NCBI GenBank assembly: GCA_040377305.1
Contig: JBEIPA010000006.1
Coordinates: 128,001-192,000 of the forward strand
DNA length: 64,000 nucleotides
Direction: 5' to 3'
From: Flavobacteriales bacterium
GTDB lineage: Bacteria; Bacteroidota; Bacteroidia; Palsa-965
The position numbers were made by a program, and so were the translations under genes. Positions 20,401-29,429 of this stretch are shown piece by piece. Position 1 is the stretch's first letter. Each line of letters begins with the position of its first letter. A model generated the notes under the pieces. The model made no database searches and was not told where the DNA came from. It saw only the letters and a list, made by a program, of their open reading frames with translations.

Positions 20401-22670
20401 CAACCGGTCCTCAGTTGTATGACGGAGGAACGAATGTCGGAATCACAAATGATATTGATGGTGATGTCCGCCCGCTTGCACCTTCAGTTGGTTACGACAT
20501 AGGGGCTGATGAATATCTCGTATTAAGCAACGACAATGAATTGGTGCAGATTATTTCTCCGGTGTCGCAGGCGTGTGCGAACAGTGCAATGAGTGTAGAA
20601 GTTGTAATTACGAATTATGGAGTGAGTACCATTACTTCAATGCCAATCACCGCCCAGATTACGGGTTATGTAAATACTACGCTTAATGCAACGTATACCG
20701 GAAGCCTTGCGTTCGGACAATCGGATACTGTATTGGTGGGAACATTCAATTCGAATCCTGGCGGAACATTAACGATCACCGCATATTCCACGTTGGTGGG
20801 TGATCAGAATATTACGAATGATACTGTCAGCGTTTCGCTAGTGATCACACCTATTGCACCAGTAGCGGTTGGTTCAAACACTTCAACATGCATTGGCGAT
20901 TCGGCTACACTCAATGTGACTACAGATGGCTTCCTTCATGCGTGGTACGATGCTCCGGCAGGCGGCAATTTGCTGACCACGGGGGATACACTCACCACCA
21001 GTGCGATTACGGCAAGCACAACTTACTATGTTGAATCAGCGAACACGACCACCAACAATCTTGTTACCCAATACACAGGCGGCAACGGATGCGATGGTGC
21101 GATGTTTGACATTGTGCCCAACGTAAATCTCACGGTAGATTCATTCGCGATTAATATTGGAAGTGTAATTGCTGAACAAGTCCGCATTTACGTATGCACT
21201 ACCGGAACTTATGTAGGTAACGAAACAAATCCAGGTGCATGGATCATTGCTGGAACTGTGGCTGTTACCGGGCAAGGTGCAGGCAACCCAACGATGATTC
21301 CTATCGGGAACATTAATATGATTGCAGGACAACCGTATGGTATCTATGTTACTATGCTGTCGGCCAACCTTGATTATACTACTGGCAGCCAGTCGTTCAG
21401 TAACAGTGATATGACCATCAATACAGGCGCGGGACTTTGTGCTTTGTTTGCTACCGTGAACGCCGGAAGGATTTTTAACGGTACTGTTTATTACTCCACC
21501 AGCGTATGTCCGAATCCGGTTCGTACTCCGATAACCGTAACCGCACTTACTCTTCCAACTGTTTCACTTGGAAACGATACAACTGCGTGTGAAACCTTGG
21601 TTTTAGATGCAGGCAATCCTTCAATGACATACATCTGGTCAACTACTGAAACAACACAGCAGATTACCGCAACTTCAAGCGGACAATACAGCGTTGCAGT
21701 GAACGACGGCACATGTAATGGTCGCGACACAATCAATTTGACAATCAACCCGAATCCGGTGCTCACCACTTCTATTGCCGACGGAAATCTTTGTATGGGC
21801 GAGAGTGATACGATGTATGTATCCGGTGCAATGCTATACAGTTGGAGCAGCGGTGGAGTTGGAACCATGGAAATAGTAACCCCGTTTACTACTACGCAGT
21901 ACACCGTGTATGGACTTGATGCGAACGGATGTACAGATACGGATACGCTGCTCATTACGGTGAATGCAATTCCTGTAGTCTCTGCTACAGCTGCCGATGG
22001 AGCAATCTGTCTGGGAGCAAGCGATACCTTGACGGTTACCGGAGCAACAAATTACAACTGGAGCAGTGGTGGAACAGGGACGATGGAAATAGTATCTCCA
22101 GGCACGACTACAACTTACACAGTCAATGGAGTTGATGCCAATGGATGTACTGCAATGGACACGGTGATGGTAACTGTTAACCCAATTCCGAATGTTACAG
22201 TAACCCTTCCGTTGGACACTGCGTGTACTACGGGGGGATCCATTTCTCTCTCCGGTGAAACACCATCAGGAGGAACATGGAGCGGGACGGCAGTTACAGG
22301 AAATAGTTTTGATCCGCTGGTTGCCGGTGTTGGAATGCACGCAATCACTTACCTATATACCGATGCTAACGGTTGTTCAGCGAGTGCGGTAGATAGCATG
22401 TGGGTGGATTTATGTAGTGACATTGCTGTAGCGGAGCATGCAATCATCGGATTGTACCCGAATCCAACGAGTGGAGAATTCACCTTGCAGTTGGGCGGAA
22501 ACACTCCGGTAACAGTAACCATTGTTGATGCGATCGGACAAGTTGTTGTTTCGGAACAGAAATCTCCGGGTACACATCGCTTCACACTTCCTTCTACAGG
22601 AGTATATCTCTTGATTGCAAGTGATGAAAGCGGGAACCGATGGACGCGAACAATTATTTCAGAACAATAA
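17430..22670 (+). CDS. Large T9SS cargo protein with duplicated parallel beta-helix modules and Ig-like repeats
   Basis: 1746 aa with signal peptide; two copies of a ~450-aa Asn/Tyr/Gly-rich module each ending DIGADEY; C-terminal LYPNP...GVYLL sorting domain. Confidence 0.88.
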   Translation: MRKLFLLSLFSFSAFPVFAQLSGTYSIDGSSAASATNYVTVGDAISDMVSGTRADGGPINGPGVSAAVTIRLESGSGPYSEQLIIPAISGASATNTIRITGGPGREMITYSATTTTDRQVVKLSGARHIILDSLTFVNTGATYGYGVHITNGADSNVVSNCSVITNNTATTSNFAGITISGATVAANGDFGDDNLIMNNNVNGGYYGITMRGTGTTVFNRRNAVIGNIVQNFYYYGVYCYYQDSTIIRGNTISARVAATAAGYGIYLNYIDRFSIEQNRLFNLGGNGIYGTSANYQGGTGTARSRIVNNMIGGGWIDATSAYGIYLLTNTRYVDIWHNSISMTGSGPRAIYLTAGLGNNIQNNSCAAFGSTTGYALYVTSAATVTAVDYNNYYAPGSSNFIYVGAAFSTATYVGGGGFNVNSRDGDPVYQNNATNLHTSALQLFDAGTNVGITTDFDGQTRPMAPTAFYDIGADEYVQVLNDAGVVSSTSPVPPFGPGVQNIDVVLFNYGSATLTSAQVNWDVNTVLQTPFAWTGSVLTYTSSSPATIGTYNFISGTTYNIRVWTSNPNGVSDQQILNDTLYFTVCTALNGVYTIGGVGADYPTINSAVTAMSCGGILGPVTLNLTQGAGPFNEQVIIPAIAGTSAINTVRLNGGANREIVEYTATLTNERAVIKLNGADHIILDSMRIINNGTTYGYGVQLTNSADDNVVRNCIVQVSTTATASNFAGITLSAATVATAADNGDNNLIENNTVNGGYYSVTMRGLSTTVFDQNNIVRNNTLYNFYYYGVYCYSQNLPVIENNSISARPTATASGYGVYLYYADRFIVEENDLDSIGGNGIYCYYGNYQGGTGTQRARIANNMIGGSWRDAASAYGIYLTTNSRYIDVWHNSVSMNGTGPRALYITAGTMHDVRNNSFALYGATTGYAAYVTNTTYVSQFDYNNFYAPGSANFVYVSAAYSTATYVGGGGWNLNSRDGDPIYTDPANDLHATGPQLYDGGTNVGITNDIDGDVRPLAPSVGYDIGADEYLVLSNDNELVQIISPVSQACANSAMSVEVVITNYGVSTITSMPITAQITGYVNTTLNATYTGSLAFGQSDTVLVGTFNSNPGGTLTITAYSTLVGDQNITNDTVSVSLVITPIAPVAVGSNTSTCIGDSATLNVTTDGFLHAWYDAPAGGNLLTTGDTLTTSAITASTTYYVESANTTTNNLVTQYTGGNGCDGAMFDIVPNVNLTVDSFAINIGSVIAEQVRIYVCTTGTYVGNETNPGAWIIAGTVAVTGQGAGNPTMIPIGNINMIAGQPYGIYVTMLSANLDYTTGSQSFSNSDMTINTGAGLCALFATVNAGRIFNGTVYYSTSVCPNPVRTPITVTALTLPTVSLGNDTTACETLVLDAGNPSMTYIWSTTETTQQITATSSGQYSVAVNDGTCNGRDTINLTINPNPVLTTSIADGNLCMGESDTMYVSGAMLYSWSSGGVGTMEIVTPFTTTQYTVYGLDANGCTDTDTLLITVNAIPVVSATAADGAICLGASDTLTVTGATNYNWSSGGTGTMEIVSPGTTTTYTVNGVDANGCTAMDTVMVTVNPIPNVTVTLPLDTACTTGGSISLSGETPSGGTWSGTAVTGNSFDPLVAGVGMHAITYLYTDANGCSASAVDSMWVDLCSDIAVAEHAIIGLYPNPTSGEFTLQLGGNTPVTVTIVDAIGQVVVSEQKSPGTHRFTLPSTGVYLLIASDESGNRWTRTIISEQ

Positions 22671-22674
22671 AGAG

Positions 22675-22707
22675 AAACGGGATGAAGCTACTTCATCCCG
22701 TTTTTTT
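22675..22707. terminator. Intrinsic terminator between convergent genes
   Basis: AAACGGGATGAAG-CTA-CTTCATCCCGTTT followed by a T tract. Confidence 0.85.
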
Positions 22708-22710
22708 GTA

Positions 22711-24072
22711 CTATTCGTTTTCTTCGAGGAAAAACATTTCGATTTTCCCTTTGTTCTTCACTTCAATTGGTCCGCGCCCGAAGCATTTATATTTCTGCCC
22801 GATCAACTGATACACATCGCCGGAGATATTAATCTTACCCGGCTCAGAACTTTGTTCCATTCGTGAAGCAACGTTCACGGTATCTCCCCAGATGTCGTAT
22901 TGAAATTTATGTCGTCCGACAACACCGGCGACCAGTGTGCCGGTATGAATCCCGATTCGGATGTCGAATGCATCCGGAGATTTCAGTTTTTGCTCGTTGA
23001 CGAAGTGCAACATTTCCAGTGCAGCTTCCACCGCATCAGCAGCATGTGTTTGGTTTGCAACCGGTAATCCACCCACCGCCATGTATGCATCGCCAATGGT
23101 CTTTATTTTTTCAATGTTGTGTTTCTCGGCAATGTGATCGAATGCCGTGAAATACACATCTATGCGATTGATGAGTTCCTCCGGTTGCAGTAACTCAGAC
23201 TTTGAAGTAAATCCAACAAAGTCAGCGAACAAAACGGTAGCAGAGTCATAGCGCCTTGAACTTGCTTTGCCGGAATTCATGAGTTCATCTGCTGTTTCCT
23301 CCGGAAGAATGTTCAGCAATAATTTTCGCGATTTGTTCTTTTCTTCTTCGAGTTCAATATTCCGCAGGCGGAAAATTTCGTTGTCTCGCTCCTTCATCTG
23401 CAATTCAAAGGTGAGTTTATCCTGCTCCGCCTGCTGTTCGAGTAAGGCAATCTCTCGTGTACGCTTTGCGAGAATAATTTCTCCGCGATAAATAGCCACA
23501 TTCAGATACAATGCCCACAACCCCACAAAGCCGAAGGCCATGACGATGTTCGTAATGTTGAAAAGCATCAATGGCGATTCGGCCAGCGTGTATACTGGTG
23601 TTACCTTGCTTACATACAATTCAATAAACAGGAATCCTGCTGCACACATCAGCAACAACCCACTCTTGAGGAATATATTTCCCCGCGGCTTGAGAAACGG
23701 AAATATGGCAACAACGGGAATGAAATACTGAAAGCCCGACATAGCACCTAACAACCATACTGCAAGGATCTGATGCGCGACAATTTCCATAAGTGAAATT
23801 GTCATGCTCGTCATGTGATAACCTTTACGGTTAGTTAGAATTGCCATAACGTATGCCAGCACACTGAGCACCTGTATCCATGCCAAAGGATAAATCTCCA
23901 GGTACCAGAATGTAAAGAGCCACCACAGGTGCGCATTCCAGGCCAGCGTCTGTGCAAGATTCGAAACTGTATAGAAACGTGAATTCTCCAACTCAACCCC
24001 TTTGGGCAGTGTGTCGAAGTGCCTGTAAATTGCGACAATACCAGTGCGCAGGAAAATCAGCGGCCGAAGCAT
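22711..24072 (-). CDS. Membrane adenylate/guanylate cyclase
   Basis: Multiple TM helices, coiled coil, LLLNILP, VLFADFVGFT, KIKTIGDAYM, YDIWGDTVNVASRME. Start could alternatively be 24087. Confidence 0.9.
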   Translation of the reverse strand: MLRPLIFLRTGIVAIYRHFDTLPKGVELENSRFYTVSNLAQTLAWNAHLWWLFTFWYLEIYPLAWIQVLSVLAYVMAILTNRKGYHMTSMTISLMEIVAHQILAVWLLGAMSGFQYFIPVVAIFPFLKPRGNIFLKSGLLLMCAAGFLFIELYVSKVTPVYTLAESPLMLFNITNIVMAFGFVGLWALYLNVAIYRGEIILAKRTREIALLEQQAEQDKLTFELQMKERDNEIFRLRNIELEEEKNKSRKLLLNILPEETADELMNSGKASSRRYDSATVLFADFVGFTSKSELLQPEELINRIDVYFTAFDHIAEKHNIEKIKTIGDAYMAVGGLPVANQTHAADAVEAALEMLHFVNEQKLKSPDAFDIRIGIHTGTLVAGVVGRHKFQYDIWGDTVNVASRMEQSSEPGKINISGDVYQLIGQKYKCFGRGPIEVKNKGKIEMFFLEENE

Positions 24073-24140
24073 AGGTAAAAGTAGCATTTAACCTATGGCT
24101 GGCAAATCAACATCAATACAAAGATGCTGTATCCTAAAGA

Positions 24141-25022
24141 TCAGTTATCCGGAACTTCTCTACCGAATCCAGGGCGATCGAGATCTTTTCTTCCGCCCGC
24201 CGAAAGTGACATTGTAACGCCCATTCTCAAATAGCCATTGGAAAACCGGTTTTCTTCGTTGAGTTCGTAACGGATTCCAGGTCGCATTCCCACTTCCATC
24301 ATCCATCCGATTTTTGCGCCCATGCGTGAATCAAATATGAGTCGGAATCCCCACTTGCGGTCCTTGATTCCTTCGAGTTCGTAGGTCGTAGTCTGCTGCT
24401 GGAACATTCCTTGCGTAGTGATGTCTAGCGTTCTGGAATATTCTATTTCCGGCGCAAACATTCCTTCGAACTTGCAATTGATCCAGCTCCAGCATTCACC
24501 AACACCCCTCCAGTAGTTCTTTGTTTTAAAACGACCGCCGAATGAAATTCCGAATGTGTACGAAACCATTTTCTGCGGCATAGTGAATCCGTCAAACTTA
24601 TCGTACCCCTCATATTCACCGGTTGATGTGTTTTTAAATTTGATGTGTTCGAATGTAGAATCCTTATTCAGGAAATAAGTTCTATCACCAAATTCCGCTC
24701 CCGCCGTGAAAGAAACAATGTTTCCATATCCGAGATTCACATCATACAGGCGGTCGCCGTAAAAGTGCTGATACATGGTTCCCGTCATGTTGAACTTCCT
24801 GATGTGTATTCTTGTCTGCGCGAGATAGCAGGTACTTTGCTTGCCTCCGGCCAGAATTCCACCGGTGAGAATCACCATGAATTTCGGCATGTCGTCGCTC
24901 GTGGTTGTTGAATTCAGCAATCCGAATTCTAATGCAGGGACAGGGGTGCGCGCGTGAGTTATTGCAGGAATCAATATTGAAACTGTAAATAACGCTGCGA
25001 ATATATTCTTAGTTACGTTCAT
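24141..25022 (-). CDS. Hypothetical exported, possibly outer-membrane beta-strand protein
   Basis: Signal peptide and amphipathic beta-strand pattern. Confidence 0.65.
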   Translation of the reverse strand: MNVTKNIFAALFTVSILIPAITHARTPVPALEFGLLNSTTTSDDMPKFMVILTGGILAGGKQSTCYLAQTRIHIRKFNMTGTMYQHFYGDRLYDVNLGYGNIVSFTAGAEFGDRTYFLNKDSTFEHIKFKNTSTGEYEGYDKFDGFTMPQKMVSYTFGISFGGRFKTKNYWRGVGECWSWINCKFEGMFAPEIEYSRTLDITTQGMFQQQTTTYELEGIKDRKWGFRLIFDSRMGAKIGWMMEVGMRPGIRYELNEENRFSNGYLRMGVTMSLSAGGRKDLDRPGFGREVPDN

Positions 25023-25030
25023 GGCAGTGG

Positions 25031-26209
25031 CTATTTGGAGTTTCTTAATTGACGGTAACGATATGCAACCCGCTCAATCGGTATACGATATTGGAATGCG
25101 AAATATTTCTGATCGTCGAACTTCTCGTTGAACGCCTTGTTCACTTCGTAAGAAAAGGCGCATGCACCGAACTCAAGACTGCAGAACAGGTTCATAAATT
25201 CTCCATTCTCAGAGTGAACGTATGGACTGTCTTTCGTGAACCAGTTGTAACCAATACCACCTCCAATCATGAAGCGTGTGAAGAATGTATTGCTCCCTTT
25301 CGACACATTCAGGTTAATCGACAAGCGACCCATAGCACGAGTTGCACTCAAATCATCGCCGTCCGGAGTTGTGATCTTTCCTGTCTCTGCGATAAGATCG
25401 TATCCAAAGTTGCCCGCTCGTCCGGATTGTGTAAGACCATACATCAACGTCTTGTTGTTTCCGTTCTTCAGATTCCAGCTGCACACACGTGGTCCTAATG
25501 AAATATGTGCACCGATATTTCTGCGATATACATCTTCCGTAAATGGGACATAATACGTTGTCCATTCTGTGGTGTTATAATCTATTTCTCTGCCTTCACT
25601 CCAAACGTAGTATCCGGAGTTGGTGTGATCGAAACTCAATTCCGGATCCATGACTTCCATCAAGCCATCGAACTGAAGGACTATTGCAGGTGCAATCATG
25701 AATTTGCTTCGCTTCAATCCGGGAACGTTGTCAAATCCAACTACAGCATTCACTTTGAAATCAATTACAACGTAAGGCAACTGCAAGCTTATTCCCGGAG
25801 AGAAAGTTCCTTGGGCACTTTTTTGTCCGTCGCTTCCCATTATTCCAAATCCACCAGCAAGGAAAGGAACTACACTGGCTCCTTTGATACCATACTGTCG
25901 TCTACCGAAGCCAAGAGCGCGTATCGGAAAATTAACACCGAGGTAGACATTATAAAACAATTTCTGGGAGTCAAGTGGGGTTGTGAATTTCCCAGCGTAA
26001 TAACCCATCTCAACAACTTTGGTGCGGATATTAATACCGCGCAACGGCTCGGAAGAATAACCGCTGCTGAGCGTCTTAGGGATGACGTAATTAAATCCCG
26101 CTGTGTTGCGCGCGTATGGAATCTGTGCATTCACTGCAGCGCAGGTTAACATGAGCAACATCAGAATAAGATGTACGCGCTTCAATTTTAAGGAGATGAA
26201 TTTTTGCAT
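25031..26209 (-). CDS. Hypothetical exported, possibly outer-membrane beta-barrel protein
   Basis: Signal peptide ending AVNA-Q; Gly/aromatic-rich beta strands. Confidence 0.65.
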   Translation of the reverse strand: MQKFISLKLKRVHLILMLLMLTCAAVNAQIPYARNTAGFNYVIPKTLSSGYSSEPLRGINIRTKVVEMGYYAGKFTTPLDSQKLFYNVYLGVNFPIRALGFGRRQYGIKGASVVPFLAGGFGIMGSDGQKSAQGTFSPGISLQLPYVVIDFKVNAVVGFDNVPGLKRSKFMIAPAIVLQFDGLMEVMDPELSFDHTNSGYYVWSEGREIDYNTTEWTTYYVPFTEDVYRRNIGAHISLGPRVCSWNLKNGNNKTLMYGLTQSGRAGNFGYDLIAETGKITTPDGDDLSATRAMGRLSINLNVSKGSNTFFTRFMIGGGIGYNWFTKDSPYVHSENGEFMNLFCSLEFGACAFSYEVNKAFNEKFDDQKYFAFQYRIPIERVAYRYRQLRNSK

Positions 26210-26210
26210 G

Positions 26211-26933
26211 TTAGTCTTTTACACAACGTATGTAACATCCGTTGTTATATGGAAAATCAAGAAACTCGTGTTCTGGTAAAGCGAGTGTAGGATCGAGATC
26301 ACTTGTTATTTTCGTATACCATGCATGCGGATATCCTGGCGAAGATGGCAGATAATGCGTGGATGACCAGAAGTAACAATTTGTACGCATGTCATAGAAA
26401 TCTCCATACGGATCGCGATAGCCTCCGGGGAGCGCAGCAAATCCATATTCGTCGGTTGCTTCTTCATTGTTCACGAGCCAATGCTTGAATCCAAACTCAC
26501 GCAAGCGATTTCCGGCATCCGCATTTCCGCAGTAAGCCATGAGACCTATCCATTCATAATATGAAGGAACATGCCATCCGGGAGGAGCAATGCCACGCGG
26601 ATCATTCACCGCATGAAAATTGTACATAAGTCCGTAAATCGATTCCGCTTCGTGGTGATGTGCATAGGAGCACAAGGCGCCGCTGTCTGTTTGATCCCAA
26701 TCGGAAACGAACTCCACATACTCAATCGAATCACCGTTATTATATCGTGTTGACCGAAGATTTTCTGCCATCCACTCCCGTCCATTGATGTTCACGGTGC
26801 GGTATACATTACCCTGCAGATCGACCACAGAATCCGTATACAAGAAAGGTGTGTGTTCCGGAACCGGGGTTTCTTCTTTGCAACTGCATAAAGTACAAAC
26901 GAATAATATCGGAATGAGATATTTCAGCGGCAT
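26211..26933 (-). CDS. Fibrobacter succinogenes major paralogous domain (FISUMP) lipoprotein
   Basis: DLQGNVYRTV.I..REWMAENL, YGLMYN, PPGWHVPS, GFAALPGGYR, IRCVKD; lipobox near CSC. Confidence 0.9.
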   Translation of the reverse strand: MPLKYLIPILFVCTLCSCKEETPVPEHTPFLYTDSVVDLQGNVYRTVNINGREWMAENLRSTRYNNGDSIEYVEFVSDWDQTDSGALCSYAHHHEAESIYGLMYNFHAVNDPRGIAPPGWHVPSYYEWIGLMAYCGNADAGNRLREFGFKHWLVNNEEATDEYGFAALPGGYRDPYGDFYDMRTNCYFWSSTHYLPSSPGYPHAWYTKITSDLDPTLALPEHEFLDFPYNNGCYIRCVKD

Positions 26934-26942
26934 ACGTTGGGG

Positions 26943-28655
26943 TTATTGTTGTTTAACTATGCGGATCACTTCCGACGAATCGTCAGTATACAACTTTACA
27001 ACATACATGCCGTCTGCGTAGGGAGTGAGGTCCAACGAAAGTAGTAATTCACTGCCTCCAGTTTTCTGGTCAGAATAAATAATCTGTCCGGTTGAATTCA
27101 TCACTTCAACTGTTGTAACTGGTGAAGTAGAATTCTTCATCTGAAGATTTACGCTGCCTGTGGTTGGATTCGGGTATGCCGTGACATTCTGCATTGCATT
27201 TGCTTCAGCAACGTCAGTGGATAACTGGTTCAGTTTTATAATATACGGATCGCGGAAGAAGCCGTTACCAAGAAGCATCGTAACACCGGATCCCGGATCT
27301 GCATCCATTGAAAATCGGAACGTGCCTGTAACGTATACGTTGTAAGCAGCGTCTGTCGCTATACAAAATGCATCGTCCTGTGCCTGATCTCCCGCTGCGA
27401 AAGCCCATGCAAAACCACCCGCAGAATCTAACTTGCAGACGAAAAGATCAGTAGCAGATTGAGTGCCCGCGGTAATGCTGTAAACTCCAACACCCGGATC
27501 AAAATCAGTTGTGCCACGATAGGCGCCGACCACGTAAATTGCGCCTGACGCATCTGTAGCGATGCTATATGCTTCATTCAGACTTCCGCCGGAGAAATTT
27601 TTTGCCCAAATCAAATTTCCAACCGCTGAGAGCTTCACGACGAAAATGTCTCCACCAGCCTGCGATGAAGCTGTATAAACACCTGGTCCCGGATCAAAAT
27701 CAGTTGAAGCTCCAAAAACTCCTGCCAGCACAACATTACCACTAATGTCTACTGTGAGTGTCCAGCAATAAGAATTTGTGTTGGGCCCGCTGATCTGTTT
27801 TGCCCAAACAAAATTACCAGCATTGTCGAGCTTGCTAATGAAAACATCCTGCAATCCGGTTGGTGTGAGATTGAATGTTGCCGCACCCGGATCGAAATCA
27901 GTGGGTGATATAAATCTTCCGGCTGTGTAAACATTTCCCGAAGCATCGAGCGCAATATCAAATGCCTCAACGTTTCCATTAGCATAGAACTGCGAAGCCC
28001 AGACAAAATTTCCGGAAGCATCCAGTTTACTCACATACGCATTGGGCGGACCACCAGCAGATAAAACCGTTACACCTGCACCTGGATCGAAATCCACACC
28101 GCCCGCAAACCATCCGGTGGTGTAAACATCTCCGTTTGCATCTACTACAATTCCATGACCTTCCTGGTAATCGGAGCCACCCAATTGCGCAACCCACACG
28201 AGAGCGCCGGAAGTATTCAGTTTACATACAAAGATGTCCGATACTTGCACCGATGTGAGAACATTGGATCCTGCACCGGGATCAAAATCACCAATACCTG
28301 TAAAACATCCGGTGACATGGATATTACCCGATTCATCTACGTCGATTGCGTACGCGTAACAATCACTGCCCGCTCCCAATTGCACTGCCCACAGAAAATT
28401 TCCTGTCGCGTCAAACTTGCTTACAAAAGCTGCAGATCCGACGGTGGTGCTCATATTAAAAACAGCCGGGCCCGGATCAAAATCGACTGTGTCTGTGAAG
28501 TCACCGATCGAATAAACGTTACCGCTAGAATCAATATCAATTCCTTTGCCGTGATCGTCACTCGTGCCACCCCACGCGCGAGCCCACTCGAGATTTTGAG
28601 AAGTTGCCTGAACGGCTATAAAAATGCCGACACATAGAAGAAGATTCTTTATCAT
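26943..28655 (-). CDS. SBBP-repeat beta-propeller T9SS cargo protein
   Basis: Repeated D.SGNVY..G.F....DFDPG and SKLD..GNF.WA units; C-terminal AYPNP...DGMYVVK sorting domain. Confidence 0.9.
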   Translation of the reverse strand: MIKNLLLCVGIFIAVQATSQNLEWARAWGGTSDDHGKGIDIDSSGNVYSIGDFTDTVDFDPGPAVFNMSTTVGSAAFVSKFDATGNFLWAVQLGAGSDCYAYAIDVDESGNIHVTGCFTGIGDFDPGAGSNVLTSVQVSDIFVCKLNTSGALVWVAQLGGSDYQEGHGIVVDANGDVYTTGWFAGGVDFDPGAGVTVLSAGGPPNAYVSKLDASGNFVWASQFYANGNVEAFDIALDASGNVYTAGRFISPTDFDPGAATFNLTPTGLQDVFISKLDNAGNFVWAKQISGPNTNSYCWTLTVDISGNVVLAGVFGASTDFDPGPGVYTASSQAGGDIFVVKLSAVGNLIWAKNFSGGSLNEAYSIATDASGAIYVVGAYRGTTDFDPGVGVYSITAGTQSATDLFVCKLDSAGGFAWAFAAGDQAQDDAFCIATDAAYNVYVTGTFRFSMDADPGSGVTMLLGNGFFRDPYIIKLNQLSTDVAEANAMQNVTAYPNPTTGSVNLQMKNSTSPVTTVEVMNSTGQIIYSDQKTGGSELLLSLDLTPYADGMYVVKLYTDDSSEVIRIVKQQ

Positions 28656-28755
28656 GGATTTTGGTTGTTTAGCGCAACAGATTCAGCATCCGAAGCGAAA
28701 CAAATATTGTCCAAAAACCAAAGCAGGAAATCAGTAATGTGCGGTATTCAGAGCG

Positions 28756-28771
28756 TACGTGTTTTCACGTA
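28756..28771. promoter_or_regulatory. Palindromic putative NarL/LuxR-type operator
   Basis: TACGTG-TTTT-CACGTA between the response regulator gene and the SBBP operon start. Confidence 0.55.
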
Positions 28772-28784
28772 GCGACACTTGTTC

Positions 28785-29426
28785 TTAGAGTAAGCGATTT
28801 TCGAATGCGTACTTCATCATCCCCACTGTTGTCTTGCAACCGATTTTGTCGAGAATGTTTCTGCGATGCGTTTCAACCGTGCGCGCACTGAGACTTAGTT
28901 TATCTGCAATTGCGGCAGTATTCAATTCGTCGGCAACGAGTTTCACGATTTCAATTTCACGCGGAGAGAGAACCATCTGCGTGGTGAGCTTCTGCTTCAT
29001 TCGTGACTTCACCATGATCTCCATGATCTCGCGGCTATAGAACGTTCCGTTGTCGGCAATCTGATCGAGTGCTTTCTGTAATTCTTCCTTGCCCGTATTC
29101 TTGAGAATATATCCTTCGGCTTCCGCCATCAGAATTTCTTTGATGGTAGCAAGATCGTTGTACATGGTAATGACAAGCACTCGTGTTTCGGGATACTCAG
29201 TCTTCACGTGGCGTGCGAGTTCTGTTCCGCGCATCCCCGGCATACTTACGTCGGTGATAACAACATCCACAGTAATTTCTTTGAGCTGGCGCAATGCATC
29301 TTCGCCACTGTTTGCTTCACCCACAAATTCAAAGCGCGATTCACTTCGCAATAACGATTTGAGGCCATCGATGAACATCTGATGATCATCAACAAAGAAT
29401 AAGCGGATGGGTCCGAGCGGTGACAT
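28785..29426 (-). CDS. NarL/FixJ family response regulator (REC plus LuxR HTH)
   Basis: VDDHQMF, DVSMP, GYILK, LSPREIEI..SARTVETHRRNI. Confidence 0.93.
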   Translation of the reverse strand: MSPLGPIRLFFVDDHQMFIDGLKSLLRSESRFEFVGEANSGEDALRQLKEITVDVVITDVSMPGMRGTELARHVKTEYPETRVLVITMYNDLATIKEILMAEAEGYILKNTGKEELQKALDQIADNGTFYSREIMEIMVKSRMKQKLTTQMVLSPREIEIVKLVADELNTAAIADKLSLSARTVETHRRNILDKIGCKTTVGMMKYAFENRLL

Positions 29427-29429
29427 GTG

